64,000 bases of DNA from the human T2T-CHM13v2.0 reference genome, Homo sapiens, in assembly GCF_009914755.1 (NCBI RefSeq), contig NC_060928.1. One strand, given 5' to 3'. Numbering within the stretch: the stretch's first letter is position 1; every line of letters begins with the position of its first letter. The translations under genes and the position numbers were made by a program. A model generated the notes under the pieces. The model made no database searches. It had not been told where the DNA came from and saw only the letters and a program-made list of their open reading frames with translations. Positions 16,364 to 30,110 of the stretch are shown here, piece after piece.

Positions 16364-17992
16364 CCTGTTAAGGTGGTGTATGCCAAATTTCTCTACTGTA
16401 AAGCTACTCCCTTATTGAAAGAGCTACTGTAAAGCCATTCCCTTATTTTCAAACAAATCACTACATCCAGTCCACATTCAAGGGGAAGGAAATTAAACTT
16501 TATCATCTAGAGGAAGGAGTGTCAAATAATTTGTGGACACGTGGTAAAACCACCACAATAACTAATAAACGCTTTTGGGAAATATGTCAAGTCTTTGCAA
16601 ATATTCTGCTTCTCTTAAAAGGTTTGCTCAGTAATTTTAGTATTCATCAGTGGATTTTGCCTGCAACAGTTATTAGTGTAGTGTTCTAATGGTGATTTTC
16701 TATTTCCCTTATTCTCTAAAGAGATTGTTCATTTTCCCTGTTTATTTATTCAATTATGTATAGCAGAATGGATATATAAATATATATTGTATTTGGATTT
16801 ATAATTCAATATGATCTTCATTTATTGTACTTACAGAAGTGGTTCCAGCTTTGATCACTGGGAACTCTTAATGTTTCACTTCTGTGCCCCTTTTACATAG
16901 ACTGTCTCCTCTTCTCCTTTTCTTGAGCACATTCTAACTTTCTCTTACTACGAGATACTCTGGGCTTATCATGCATTTCCTCAGCTCCAGTCGTAGAATC
17001 ATAACTGATGTATTGTACGCATATCTATATTATGAAACCTATCTATCTTTAGACATTGTAGAATAAACGTAAGTTCTCACTGATACCTCTGAAGCATATT
17101 CAGCACCACAAGGCTCATTCTAGTCTTTCTTCCTTCCTTATTTATAACATTTATCTCTGGCAGAGAGAAACTGGGTCCCATTATGTACAATTTATTTAGC
17201 TATATGTTCAACTCTAGATACATGTAAAGTAGTTTTAGAATTGCTAATTCATATTAGCAATTCAAAGTTCTTGAGGAACAAATTTACCAACAAGAGAATA
17301 GTTGTGTACTGTTATTTTTGTCTTTAGCCTTACAATATCCAGTCGATGCTGTTCTAAAGTTATTTAGGTCAGCTCCTTTCCCCCTCCATGCCCTCCAGTA
17401 AAGCTGTCATATGCATGTAATTTAATAAGACTTGTCACAGTCTACATTCCATCCTGTGATCCCCTGACATCCTTGTTGATTCTTTTAAATTTACAAACAG
17501 TAAAGTTCAATCTTGTTGCATATAATTATATGTTTTGACAAATGCATAGAGTCATTTATCTACCACCCCAGTACTATGTAGGAAAGTTTCATCATCCCAA
17601 AAAGTCCCTTCTGCAGGCCCCTTTGTAGGCAACTGTTTATTTTACTCCCAACCTCTGGTGCCACTGATCAACATAATCATACAATGTGTATCCTTTTGTT
17701 CTAACTTCTGTTGCTTAATGCAACATATTAAAAATTATCAATGTTATGTGAATCAATAACATTTATTTTTATTGCTGAGCACTATTTCATTGTATGGATG
17801 TGGCACCATTTACTCATTGAAGTACATCTGTGTAATAGAAGTGGGATTGTTTGGTCATATGGTAAGTATGTATTTGACTTTATAAAAAATTACCTGTTTT
17901 CCAAAATGACTGTACCAGTTTTGCATTTCCACCATCAGTGAACAAGGATCTCTGTTCCTTACATCCTAACCAGCATTTGATATTGTCAGGTT

Positions 17993-18087
17993 TTCCCTCC
18001 CTCCACCCCTCCTTTCCTTCCTTCCTTCCTTCCATCCATCCTTCCTTCTTTCCTTCCTTCCTTCCTCACTTCCTTCCTTCCATTCCA
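17993..18087. repeat. (TTCC)n polypyrimidine simple repeat
   Basis: Seen directly. Confidence 0.9.
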
Positions 18088-18224
18088 ATAGATTTCTAGA
18101 GTATCACATGTGGCTTTATTTTTCCATTTCTGTAATGACTGATGTGCCGAGTGTCATTTCATTTGCTTATTTGCTATCCATATATCTTTTTTGGAGAAAT
18201 GTCTGTTCAGATCTTTTGCCTATT

Positions 18225-18394
18225 TTATCTTTTTTAGAGATGAGATCTCACTATGTTGCCCAGGCTGCAGTGTTATGATTATTCACAGGTGATATTATAA
18301 GGCACTCTAGTCCTGAATTCTTGGACTCAAGTATCTACCTGCCTCAGCCTCCTGAATAGCTGTGACTACAGGCCCTTGCAACTGTGCCTAGCTT
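18225..18394 (-). mobile_element. Alu monomer (FRAM/FAM-like)
   Basis: GAGATCTCACTATGTTGCCCAGGCTGCAGTG...GCCTCAGCCTCCTGAATAGCTGTGACTACAGG. Likely TSD GCCTATTTT. Confidence 0.8.
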
Positions 18395-19169
18395 GTGCCT
18401 ATTTTTTTTTTTAACAGGGGTGTTCATTTCCTAGTTGTTGAGCTTCAACAGTTTTGTGTATATTGTGGTTACAAGTCCTTTATCAGGTGTGATTTTGTTG
18501 TTTTTTTCTAAAAGCATTATCAAACTAAAGGTTTATGTGGATTTTCATTTATTTTTACCTCTAGACTTCTTGGTTTTATATTTTACATTTAGATCATTTA
18601 TCTTTTTGGAATTAATTTTTACAAAAGATGTGAGTTATGTATCAAGATTTGTTATTTTGCATATGGGCATCCAATTGTTCTAACACCATTTATTGAAAAG
18701 ACTATTCTTTCTCTATTGGATATCTGTTCCACCTTTGTAAAAAATCAAACTACATTGATTAGGTATATTTCTGGGCTCTCTATTCTGATCCATCTGTCTA
18801 TGTCTTTGTCTAACTTTATGTTAACACATGCTGCCTTTTTAACTGTAGCTTTACACTAAGTGTTAAACCAGATAGTGTGAGTTCTTCAACTTTGTTCTTC
18901 ATTTTCATAACTACTTTGGCTGTTCTTATTCTTATGGACTTTTTATATAATTTTTAGAAACACATTGTGGATATACTAGCCATGATTTTGGATTGAGATT
19001 ATTTTGAATCCACTAATTAAATTGGGAGAATTGATATTTCAAAAATATTCAGTCTTCTGTTCTGCAAAAGTGGTACATCTCTTCATTCATTTCTTTCATC
19101 AGTGTTTTGTAGTTTGCAGCATACAGATTTTACAAATATTTTATTAGAATATTTTTGGTGAGTTCTGAA

Positions 19170-19335
19170 ATATATATATTTATATATATGCACACACTAT
19201 ATATATAACATTTACATAGATATATGTATGTATATAACATATACAGTGTATATATAAAAATATATAGAGAGAGTATGGGATATATATATATATCACACAT
19301 TGTATGTGATATATGTATATCCTATAATATATACT
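19170..19335. repeat. Degenerate (TA)n low-complexity tract
   Basis: Seen directly. Confidence 0.85.
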
Positions 19336-19439
19336 CTTTTTGCTTTACACTTATATTTTAGAACAATTAATATAAAAACTTAATTTAATTGGCTTTATTT
19401 ATTCCATTACTGACATTTTAGGTTAGGTTTCTGACATAT

Positions 19440-21765
19440 TTTTTCCCCAACGAACTTCCTTAAACATTGAATAGATACTGTGGCATTAAATCCTCCCAGA
19501 TTTTCTAGATCTGGAAAAGCTTTAACTTCTTTTTATCATTGAAGGTGGTTTTACTGAATATTAAATTTTGGTTGGAAAGTTGTTTTACTTTAAGCACTTT
19601 AAATATGTCATTGCATTGTTTTTTATGATTGCATGCTTTTTTTCTCTTTTCTTTTCCCTTTTTTAGAGGCAGGGTCTTGCTCTGTCAACCAGGCTGGAGT
19701 GCAGTGGCAGGATTGTACCTTACTGCAGTCTCCAACTCCTGGACTAAAGTGATCCTCTCACCTCAGCCTCCTGAGTAGCTGAAACTATAGGCTCTTGCCA
19801 CCTCAGCTGGCTAATTTCTTAAAGATTTCTTTTAGACACGTGGTCTCACTATGTTGCCCAGACTGATCTCAAAGTCCTGGCCTCAAGTGATCTTCCCACC
19901 TCAGCTTCTCAAAGAATTGGGATTACAGGCATGAACCACTGCATCCAGCCTATTTTTTGGGTTTCTGAAAATAATTCTGCTATATTTGTTATTCTAGTCC
20001 CTCTACAGGTAATGTATATCTTATTCTTTGGCTTTCCTAAAGATCTTTGTTTTTGGTTTTAGTGGTTTCAATATTACACATGCTCAGGTTTTTGTTGTTA
20101 TTGTTTGTTTGATTTGGTTTGGTTGTAGTTATTCTGTTTTGTTATTTAACCAGCCTGTTGTCTAAATTCTTGGATCTGTCATTTGGTATCTGCCATTAAT
20201 TTTGAAAAAAAAAAAATTGGCCATTATTTCTTTAAATATTTTTTTCTACTCATTCTTTCTCTTCTCTCTTTCCATGTTACCAGTTACACAGATATATTAT
20301 AGCATTTAATATTATCCCATAATTCATGGATGCTCTCTTCTTTCTTTTTTTTTCTTCTCTCTTTACACTCCCCACATTTATTTCTTTTTCCATTTCAGTT
20401 GAGGTGATTTGTTCTGACCTATCTTCAAGTTCCCATTTTCCTTGAAAGTTTCAAGTCTTTTTCTATTGTCCATTTTTATTTTATTTTTCTTTTAAACTTT
20501 ATCTCCAAGTTGAAATAACCTGTCTGATCATGCATGATGTTTACCTTTTTATTAGATCCTCTAACATATTCATTATAATTATTTTAAATTCAAATTCTGA
20601 TTGTTTTACTATTTGTGTCACACGTTACTCTGATTCTAATGAAAGTTTTGTCTTATCAGATTGAGTTTTCCTTCCCATGTTGTATGATTTAAAATTTTGT
20701 TTGAAATTCGTAAGTGTTGTAACTGACAGCAGATAATGTAAATATTTTTTCTGTCTGTCAATATATATGACTTTTTTCTGCTAGGACTTTAGTGTGGGAG
20801 TTTTTGTTAATGTTGCTGGATTTAATATTTGTTTTTGCTGGGGTTACCTCAGTGCACCACCAGCTTCACATTCTTTTAATGATGCCTTGTGTTTTTGGTG
20901 TGGCCTTGTATTTAAGAAGGTAGTTCTCAATGCGCATTTCCTACTTGGCTTCGGGATTTCCCTTTGCAGTGCTTCCCAGATAGCATCTTTGTTTTGGAGC
21001 TCTCCCAGTTGTATTCCAATGTAATGATTGCCTGACATGTTGGTATGGTGGTGAGTAGTGGGGATGGAGACCTTTTTTGCATTTGTGGTTGAAAGCTGCA
21101 ACTTCCCCTCCTACACATGTAGCATATAGCCTACCCTATCCTTAAAGATAGAGCTTTATGGCTTAGCTATTTTTTCTCCACCTGCACTATAGTTCCATGA
21201 GTGCCCCAAGGTGACAATATTTTTTTTGCTCTTTAATGTGCAGATGTAGGCTTTCATTTTATAGGATTGATAGAAGAGATGATTTTGAATGGAGTTTCAG
21301 CAGTAGCTGCTGTTACCCTCAGCCAGAACCACAAGGAAGTCTTTCTCAGGATCATTCCTAATGTTCTTTGTGAGGGCCTGGTGGGTTTAATGAAAAATAA
21401 GGCTACAAAAATAGTCCCCTCCCCCAACTCGAACTCCACTATCTCTAAGATCCTTAGGGTTTCTTAATTTCATGCTAGCCACACATGGCCTTTAGCAACT
21501 TGTTAAAACTTTTTTTTTCATACATTTTTATAGCAGTTTATTTGGTGCCTGGTGTTATCTGCTCCTGTAAGCAACTGAACAGTTTCTGGATCTGCCCACA
21601 TTTTGGATTTGTTGTTTGCCTTATAATCTTAAGTCTATGATAAGCCCAAGAAAAAATTTTAATTTCCTTTTTCCTGTTTTTTTTTTTGTTTGTTTGTTTG
21701 TTTTTCTGCTTGTTATTGTAGGGGTGATGCTCTTTATATCTCTCATCATCTCTGAACTTAAACTG
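19440..21765 (-). mobile_element. Old L1M 5'-region/ORF1 remnant (L1MD/ME-like)
   Basis: Antisense L1M ORF1-region motifs (AGCACTTTAAATATGTCATTGCATTG, GGCCATTATTTCTTTAAATATT, CTGACCTATCTTCAAGTTC). Confidence 0.65.
19637..19950 (-). mobile_element. AluJ
   Basis: GGCAGGGTCTTGCTCTGTCAACCAGGCTGGAGTGCAGTGG...ATGAACCACTGCATCCAGCC. Confidence 0.92.
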
Positions 21766-21774
21766 GAAGTTTCT

Positions 21775-23179
21775 ACTTATTTCTTTTTAACTGAGATATA
21801 ATTCACAGACCATTATATTAATCAATTTAAAGTATACAGTACAATGATTTTTAGTGTATATACAAAATTGTGCAACCTTGAGCACTATTTAATTATAAAC
21901 ATTCTCATCTGCCCTAAAAGAATGCCATATGCATTAGTAGTTATTCCGCCTTCCCCACTCCCTCCATTTCCTGATAAACACTAATTTATTTTTTATAAAT
22001 TTATTTAGCCTGGATAATTCATGGAAATGAAATTATATAATATTTGGCATTTTTGTGTTGTCTTCTTTTACTTAGTATAATGTTTTCAAGGTTTATGCAT
22101 ATTATAGTACCTCATTTTATTTTATTTAATGCTGAATAATGTTCCATTGTATAAATCCACATTTTGTTTACCAATTCACTAGTTGACCTTTTATGCATTT
22201 GGATTGTTTCCATTTTTTGGCTATTATAAATAATGCTGCTATGAACACTCATATGAAAGCTTTTTTATGGGCATACGTATTCAATTTTTTGAGCATACAT
22301 CTAAGGCTGGAATTGGCATGTCCTATGGTAACTCTACATGTAATCTTTTGAGAAACTCACCAACTGTTTTCCAAAGTTATTACAGCATTTTACATTCTCA
22401 TCAGCAATTTATTTGGATTCCAATATATCCACATCTTTATCATATCTTTATCAAAACTCGTCTGTCATTTTTATTATAGTCATCTTACTAGATGTGAAGT
22501 GGTACCTCATTTTAGTTTTGATTTGTATTTTCTCAAAGACTAATGAGGCTGTGTCTCTTTTTATGTGCATATTAGCCATTTCTGTATTTCTTTAGGGAAA
22601 ATGTCTATTCAAATATTTTGCCCAGTTTTTAAATTGGGTTATTTGACTTTATTCTTGAATTGTAATGATTTTTTAATATGCTCTGGACAATAGACCATTA
22701 TAATATATATATATTATTTGCAAAGGTTTTTTTTTTCCCCATTCTAGGTGCTGTCTTTACTTTCTCAATAGCATCTTTTGAAGAACAAAGTTTTTAAATT
22801 TGGATAAAATGTAATTTATTTTTTCTTTGGTTTTATCATTGCATCTAAGAATATCATTGCATAATCAAAGGCCACAAAGATTTACACTTGTTTGTTTGTT
22901 TTTTCTACTAGTTAAATCATTTTAGCTTTTACATTTAGGTCTTTGATCCATTTTGAGTTAATTTTTGTATTTGCTTTGAGAAGGTGTCCAATTTCACAAT
23001 TTTCTGTGTGGCTATTTAGTTGCCCCAGCATCATTTGCTGGAAAAGCAAAACAAAACTATTTTTTCTCCTTTGAATTTGCTTTATAGAAAATTAGTTTAT
23101 CATAAATGTATAGACTTATTTCCAAATCTTTAATTTTATTCCATTGATCTATATGTATATACTTATGTTAATATCACAT
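21775..23179 (-). mobile_element. L1MB-like 3' end
   Basis: CTGAGATATAATTCACAGACCAT tail-proximal motif and TTTTGGCTATTATAAATAATGCTGCTATGAAC. Confidence 0.85.
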
Positions 23180-24003
23180 AATATGGTTTGGCTGTGTCCC
23201 TATTCAAATATCATCTTGAATTATAGTTCCCATAATTCCCATGTGTGGTGGGAGGGACCTGGTTGGAGGTAATGGAATCATGAGGGAAGTTTCCCCCATG
23301 CTATTGTCATGATAGTGTTTAAGTTCTCATGAGATCTCATGGTTTTATAAGGGGCTTCCCCTTCACTCAGGGCTCCTTCTCTCTCCTGCCACTTTGTGAA
23401 GAGGTGCCTTCTGCCAAGGTTACAAGTTTGCTGAGGCCTCTCCAGCCATGTGGAATTGTGAGTCAATTAACTTCTTTCCTTTATAAATTACTCAGTCTTG
23501 GGTATTTCTTCATAGCAGTGTGAAAACAGAATAATACAGTAAATGGTACTGGTAGAAAGGGATGCTATCTTAAGTATACCCAAAAATGTGGAAGCAACTT
23601 TGGAACTGGGTAACATTCGGAGGTTGGAACAGTTTGGAGGACTCAGAAGAAGACAGGAAAATGTGAGAAAGTTTAGAGCTTCCTAGAAATCTGGAGGGCT
23701 CAGAAGACAGGAACAAGTGGGAAAGTTGGATACTTCCTAGAGACTTGCTGAATGGCTTTGACCAAAATGTTGATAGTGATATGGACAATAAAGTCCAGGC
23801 TAAGGTGGTATCAGATGGAGATAAGGAACTTGTTGGTAACTGGAATAAAGGTGACCCTTGCTATCCTTTAACAAACAGACTGACAGCATTTTGCCCTGCC
23901 CTAGAGATCTGTGGAAATTTGAACTTGAGAGAGATGATTTAGGGTACTTGGGGGAAGAAATTTCTAAGCATCAAAGCATTCAAGAGGAAGCAGAGCGTAA
24001 AAC
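23180..24003 (+). mobile_element. THE1 (MaLR) LTR (~23180-23538) plus the start of the THE1 internal region, truncated
   Basis: ATATGGTTTGGCTGTGTCCC...GAATAATACA LTR, followed by internal sequence GTAAATGGTACT...GTGGAAGCAACTTTGGAACTGGGTAAC. Confidence 0.92.
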
Positions 24004-25853
24004 AAAGTAAGATGGTTGTAAGGGATGGTCAAGAATATACTTCAGCTAGAGCAACGGTTTCCAAATGCTTATGGATCACTGGTTCCACTGTGAAAAATTA
24101 TCTTTTCCAGCATCAAAATATGGTATACTAAGTGACTTTTTTATCAGAAATTATATTTTTCTTGCTTTTGGTGTTATGATGTTTAGTGTTTCTTGTTTAA
24201 TGTTATGATTTTAATTGTAAAATCATATTTATGTTGAAATAGCATATTTTAATTTCATGATATTTTCAGCGCTTATCGGTTTAATATATTTTTATTTTCT
24301 CTTCTAAGTGGCCTAAAATCTTCAAATTCTGGAATCTATTCTTTAAATAATCTCTGTATCAGTCAAGGCTCTTAGTTGTATGAAACAGAAAATAACTCTG
24401 GATAATTGAAAGAGAGAAAGAATTCATTAGAAAGATACTGGACAGTTCATTAACTCTCTAGGAGGGGGTTAGAAAACTATGGCAGGGAGCTTCCATTGTC
24501 ACTCTGCTGGTCACATATTGTAATTAGAGTCTACACCACAGGAAGTTTCCAGAAAGACTCTCATAGTCACATTTTGAGAATACGAATATGCCACCATATT
24601 ATTGTGTTAAAAGCTGGAGCTTACAATGGAAACTTTTTAAAGCTCCAGTTTAGTTTAAAGCTCTTTGTGATCATTCAATTAAATTAGACAAATGTGCATT
24701 GACCACCCACTATGAGCACTTGGCTAGGCTCCGATCATGAGCTGTGCTATGTTTGACTTGGCTTGCAAACAACTTAGACATATTAAATGTGTTTCCTTGC
24801 CTACCATTGAATGAGGAAGGGGAACTCTCCAACTTTGTTGGGTTTTGATATTAAACAGCACATCCCTGAGAGCCCTGCTGCACCTGATATATACAGAGAG
24901 AACAGGAAAAAGGATAATTATAATCAGACTTCTACTGGCTGTGCTTAAGATCAACGAATCAGCTGAGTGCCAATCAGTGCATTTCTGCAGAAGCTTGAGA
25001 CGGGAGCTTCCCTTTTCTCACAGCAAGATTACTGGTTTGTGGGAAACAAACAACCCTTGCATGTCTTTCCAACCTCTAGTGTCCCCAGTTCAAAATAAAG
25101 CAAAAAATAAAAAACAAACACACACACACAACAAATAGGAAGTGCAAAAGTGGTCTCCTGTGGTGTTAAATATAAGGAATGTGTTTAAGATGTTGCACTT
25201 AGGAGTTCTTCGTAGTCGGCAGACAAACCAGCTAATGCAGTGAAACAATCAACACATAAATTTGTTTACGTGTTATGGTAAAGGTCTTAGGCAAGAAGCA
25301 TTGTGTGCTGATGGCAAACTTACCTTGTATTTCATGTTATGTACACAGTTTTTTTGTGGTTCCTGAGACTACCTTTGTCCATGTCAAAATAAAATCTCTC
25401 TTGGTAGTGTTAATATAAACTCTTAGTCATGGGAACACAAAATGCCTGAGAGAGTTATAGTGGTTTATTTTTATATGATATGCAGTGTAACAGAGTTCAG
25501 GCTTATTATTTTTAGTAAGTAGCACTGTTAGGTTAAATTCATTTTGTTATCATACACAAATACTTAAAAAGTAAAATTAATTCTTGACTTTTTAGATGCA
25601 ATAATTTTAAGATATTCTAAAGTTAAGCAATTTTTAATATGCAGTAAAATTAACTTGGAGTTATTTAGAGAAAATGTGAATATTTTCTTACTGAGTGCAT
25701 TTGGGGTAGAAAAAATAAGTTTTAGGATATGTTTTCCATTGGTATATGTACAAGTACATATGAGGGTGTGTGCCTGTGCATGCGTGCATCTATGGTAGAG
25801 TAGTGATGACAAGATGCTTTTTTAAAAATAAAAGATTAAAGGCCCTTAGTAAG

Positions 25854-26396
25854 TGTACTAGTTACTTATTGCTGCATAACAAATTACCCCAATTAACTAA
25901 TTAAAACAAGAAACATTTATTATCTCACAGAGTTGAGAGCGTCAGGAATCTGGGGCAGTTTAGTCTGGTGATTCTGGCAGTGAGTCTCTCCGGAGGTTAC
26001 AATCAAGATGTCAGCTGGGCTTATGTTCATCTGAAGGCTTGGCAAGGCCTGGAGAATTTACTTCCAAAATAGCTCATTCGACATAGCTGCTGTCTGTTGT
26101 CTTCACTGGCTGTTGGCGGAGGCTTCACTTTCTCTCCATATGGACCTCTTTATAGTACTGCATGAGTGTCCTTGCAACATGGCAGCTAGGTTCTCACAAA
26201 CTAAGCAATCCAAGAATCCGAGTAACAAAGATGCCACAATGTCCTTTATCATCTGGTCTTGACAGTCACACTCAATATTCTCAATATTCTGTTGAATACA
26301 TAAATGAGATCTATCCAATGTGGTGGGAGCTAGGTAGGCCATGACAACGAAGGAGTTGGGATCCTGTGGGGCCACCTTGGAAGCCAATATGTAATA
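25854..26396 (-). mobile_element. MaLR LTR (MLT1F/G-like)
   Basis: TGTACTAGTTACTTATTGCTGCATAACAAATTACCCC ... GGGGCCACCTTGGAAGCC. Confidence 0.82.
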
Positions 26397-26483
26397 GCAA
26401 GCATAAAGGTTTTAACAGAGGCTTAAGAGCCTTTCATCTTGCCAGGTTATCTTTTTTCGCCTAGAGTTAAGATGCTGTGTTGG

Positions 26484-26522
26484 TGTATTAGTCAGGGTTC
26501 CCTAGAGGGACAGAACTAACAG

Positions 26523-26567
<45 letters not shown>

Positions 26568-26944
26568 GGGAATTTATTGTATATTCATTTACACAATCAC
26601 AAGTTCCCACAATAGGCTGTCTGCAAGCTTGAGGAGCAAGGAGAGCCAGTTCAAGTCTCAAAACTGAAGAACGTGGAGTCCAGTGTTTGAGGACAGGAAG
26701 CATCCAGCATGGGAGAAAGATGTAGGCTGGGAGGCCAGGCCAGTCTCACCTTTTCACTGTCTTCTTCCTGCTTCATATTCACTGGCAGCTGATTAGACTG
26801 TGCCCACCAGGTTAAGGGTGGGTCTGCCTTCCCCAGCCCACTGACTCAAATGTTAATCTCCTTTGGCAACACCCACACAGACACACCCAGGATCAATACT
26901 TTGCATTGTTCAATCCAATCAAGTTGACAGTATTAACCATCACA
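26484..26944 (-). mobile_element. MLT2A (ERVL) solo LTR with (TA)n at ~26526-26564
   Basis: TGTATTAGTCAGGGTTCCCTAGAGGGACAGAACTAA ... TATTAACCATCACA. Perfect TSD GTTGG at 26479-26483 and 26945-26949. Confidence 0.93.
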
Positions 26945-27689
26945 GTTGGTGTATTGGATCTTATTGTTTTGCTGAAAAAAATAAAAAGAAATAATCAGTT
27001 CTAAACCAGGCTAGGTTACACAACTGATCAAATTGCACTGTTGAAATGAATGGCATATAGCTCTGATTTCCTCAAATTATAAAATAATTCTTTATCATCT
27101 GTGAAAAACAATATTGCCAAACATTCACATGATTGAGGCATTTTTTTATATATAAGATTGTTGAAACTACAGGACATAATGTCTATCTCTTGATATATCT
27201 TTAATATTTTTAAAAAATAACTATGTAATTTTCTAATAAATATGTATTAATCAAAAAAGAAAATCTAAGCAACAGAAAGAACTGACTGTTACATACCAGA
27301 AAGCTGTACTTTTATTTGTGATGCTCACAGCTGAAAGATATAACTAGTTAGTTGTCCAACTAGTTGATCATTGTTATAATTTTAGAGTAGAAACAAAGAA
27401 CAAAACTGATAAAACTATTTGCTGTGCTTAAATTTGCATTCATTAAATTTGGGGATGATTTCTTTTTATTCTTTTTATTCTCAAGTGTATACATTTTATT
27501 CCAAATGAGTAAAAAACAAAACAAACATACCTTTATTACTAAAGTTTTCCAACATAATAGGTTCTCTTTCAGTTATAAATATTTATAATTTTCAATTTTC
27601 CCGATTAGTTTTTAGTACATTTAGAGCCATTGCCACCCATAAAAATGGTCTTAACAAAATATTATATTAAAATATTGGGGAATGACACA

Positions 27690-27830
27690 CTAGATTTAAT
27701 ACCTGGGTGATTAAGTAATCTGCATGGCAAACCCCCACGACACAAGGTAACCTATGTAACAAACCTACACATGTACCCCCTAACATAAAAGTTATAAATA
27801 AATAAGTTAATTAATTAAATAAGTAAGTAA
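27690..27830 (+). mobile_element. Short L1PA 3' end (older primate subfamily)
   Basis: TACCTGGGTGAT...AACCTATGTAACAAACCTACACATGTACCCC followed by an A-rich tail. Confidence 0.8.
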
Positions 27831-28967
27831 AGGAATAGGTGCGACATCCGAAGAAATTTTTAAAAACATTTGATTTCAGAATTTTATAATAGTCCTTCAT
27901 TTGGGGAGGGGTGTAGATATCTGAGATTCAGGGTAAAAGGGTTTTAAATAGTGAGCAGCTGACCCACAGCTAGCTAGAATGAACGATTTCTGGCTCAGTT
28001 GAGTTTTTACTCCTCTATTAGGGATATTATTTATTTCTTCTTATCATACAAGCAATTTTTATATTGGGCTTATATAGAGATTCAGGATAACCAAGATTGA
28101 AGATATGTTTTTATTCAGTGAAGACACTATTTCTTGGACTTACATTGTTCATGTCCCATTTCTTAATACATGCTGGATTTTATTTGATGTATCCAATTTA
28201 TCAACAATACATAGAAATATTTGGCCTTGTTATTTACACTGAGCCAAAAATGCCAACAAACATTGACAAATATATTAATTTAACTCTTGCAAGTACACTC
28301 ATAAATTCCTCTTACCACTCAATACCTCCGCCATCTAATTTAGTTTTGCTGCAAGAATTCACCATGCAGAATACCTTTATATTTAAAAAGAATAGCAAGT
28401 TATTTGCCAGATCTTTCTATAGTAAAAAGTAACTAGAGGATAGGTGTAATGGTGTGTTTCTGGGAAAAAAATTGCAGGGCAATCTGACTTTTCTTTTCTC
28501 TCCATTCTCCTACTAGAGAAAAGATAAATTGGGAATAAAGTATCTATTTCTATGGGAAAGAGTCTTATAATAAAACAACTCTTTAGAGAGGACACAAAAA
28601 TGGCCTAACAACCTTGAAAGTGTTCTTTTAAAGTCTATTACAGTCTGAAGTATTATTTCTAAATGGAAGCTTTCTCTTGCTTGATAGCTTTGATTTTCCC
28701 ATATTGTATATGATTGCTTTCCTTACTGTGTAAATTCAAATTTCAAAAGGAATTTTATTTTTCTCCAAGAATATTCAGGTTGTGTTTTCTTTCTTGTTTT
28801 AACCTAGATTTCATTTTTAGTCAGAATATTAACATTTTTAGAGCATGACTTTAAGATGTTTGGATAATTCTAACTTTTATCTACCTTGACATGATCTTAC
28901 TAATGATAAAATATGAAAGTATTTTTGTTTAATTAATTGAAGAAAATGAAAGTTTAAAGTGGTTTCA

Positions 28968-29284
<317 letters not shown>

Positions 29285-29719
29285 TCAGTTGTATTGTATG
29301 CATTGTAAGTTACCCAATTTTATGACTTTTTAAAATTGCTTATCACCATAAAATGAGTTTCATATTGTTAAACATTACTCATAATAGATATAAAAGTTTT
29401 ATCAACAAAAAGGAAAAAATTTCTAAGATATTTTGATTTAAACACTGCTTACTTTAAAATGTATGCAGCCTCAGATAAAACAGGAATGTTTCTGAGATGT
29501 TAGTTAAGTGTTTCTTGATCAAATGTTTTGGATCTAATTAATTCCAGAAGGATCATCTAACATTGGATCTACTGTAAGTTGAATATTTTCTGCATTAGCA
29601 AATATACAATTAAGATGATGATAAAAGAGGGATACTTTAGAATGAGCAATGTCTGAATCTGGTTGAAATTTTCACAGTGCATTCTTCTAACTGAAAGTTA
29701 CCTAGAGTGTATTTGGGAT

Positions 29720-30110
29720 TAAAGAGAAAAGGAGCATACGTGGTCAGTCATAGTTTCTGGTCAGACCTTGCAAAGTCTTAATAGGCTATACTAAGAAATT
29801 TTGTCTTCTGTATGATGAGATTGACATTTTAAGAAGTTTGCTGTGAAGTTGTATGGAGAAGCAATTAAAGGCTGGAGGGTGATTGAAGGAGACATATTAG
29901 ACAACCACTACAGTATTTCAGGTAGGAGGTGACAACAGTTTGGACCAAGATAGTGGCAGTGGGTGTGGAGATAAGACCATAGATCCTTAGAAGCTAAAAC
30001 TGATGGAAATTTGAAGACAGATTTGGTGTAAGAGAAGAAAGAGATGCTCAAGATTGTTTCCAAAGCTTTCATTTTATATAGCTGGGTTGCTAGTCCTGCC
30101 AGTCGTTGAG
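29720..30110 (-). mobile_element. L2 LINE fragment
   Basis: Degenerate antisense L2 motifs (TTTGGACCAAGATAGTGGCAGTGGGTGTGGAGATAAG, GATGCTCAAGATTGTTTCCAAAG). Confidence 0.6.

Larger units (their letters stand above)
16364..19160 (-). mobile_element. Old L1M (L1MC/MD-like) 3'UTR and ORF2 remnants, interrupted by (TTCC)n and an Alu monomer
   Basis: Antisense L1M motifs (TTGCATTTCCACCATCAGTG, GGAGAAATGTCTGTTCAGATCTTTTGCC, ATCCAATTGTTCTAACACCATTTATTGAAAAGAC). Confidence 0.8.

Noticed and set aside
23633-23746. Tandem ~55-bp duplication in the THE1 internal region
   Set aside because: As I recall, this duplication is part of some THE1-int consensus sequences, so it is not locus-specific.
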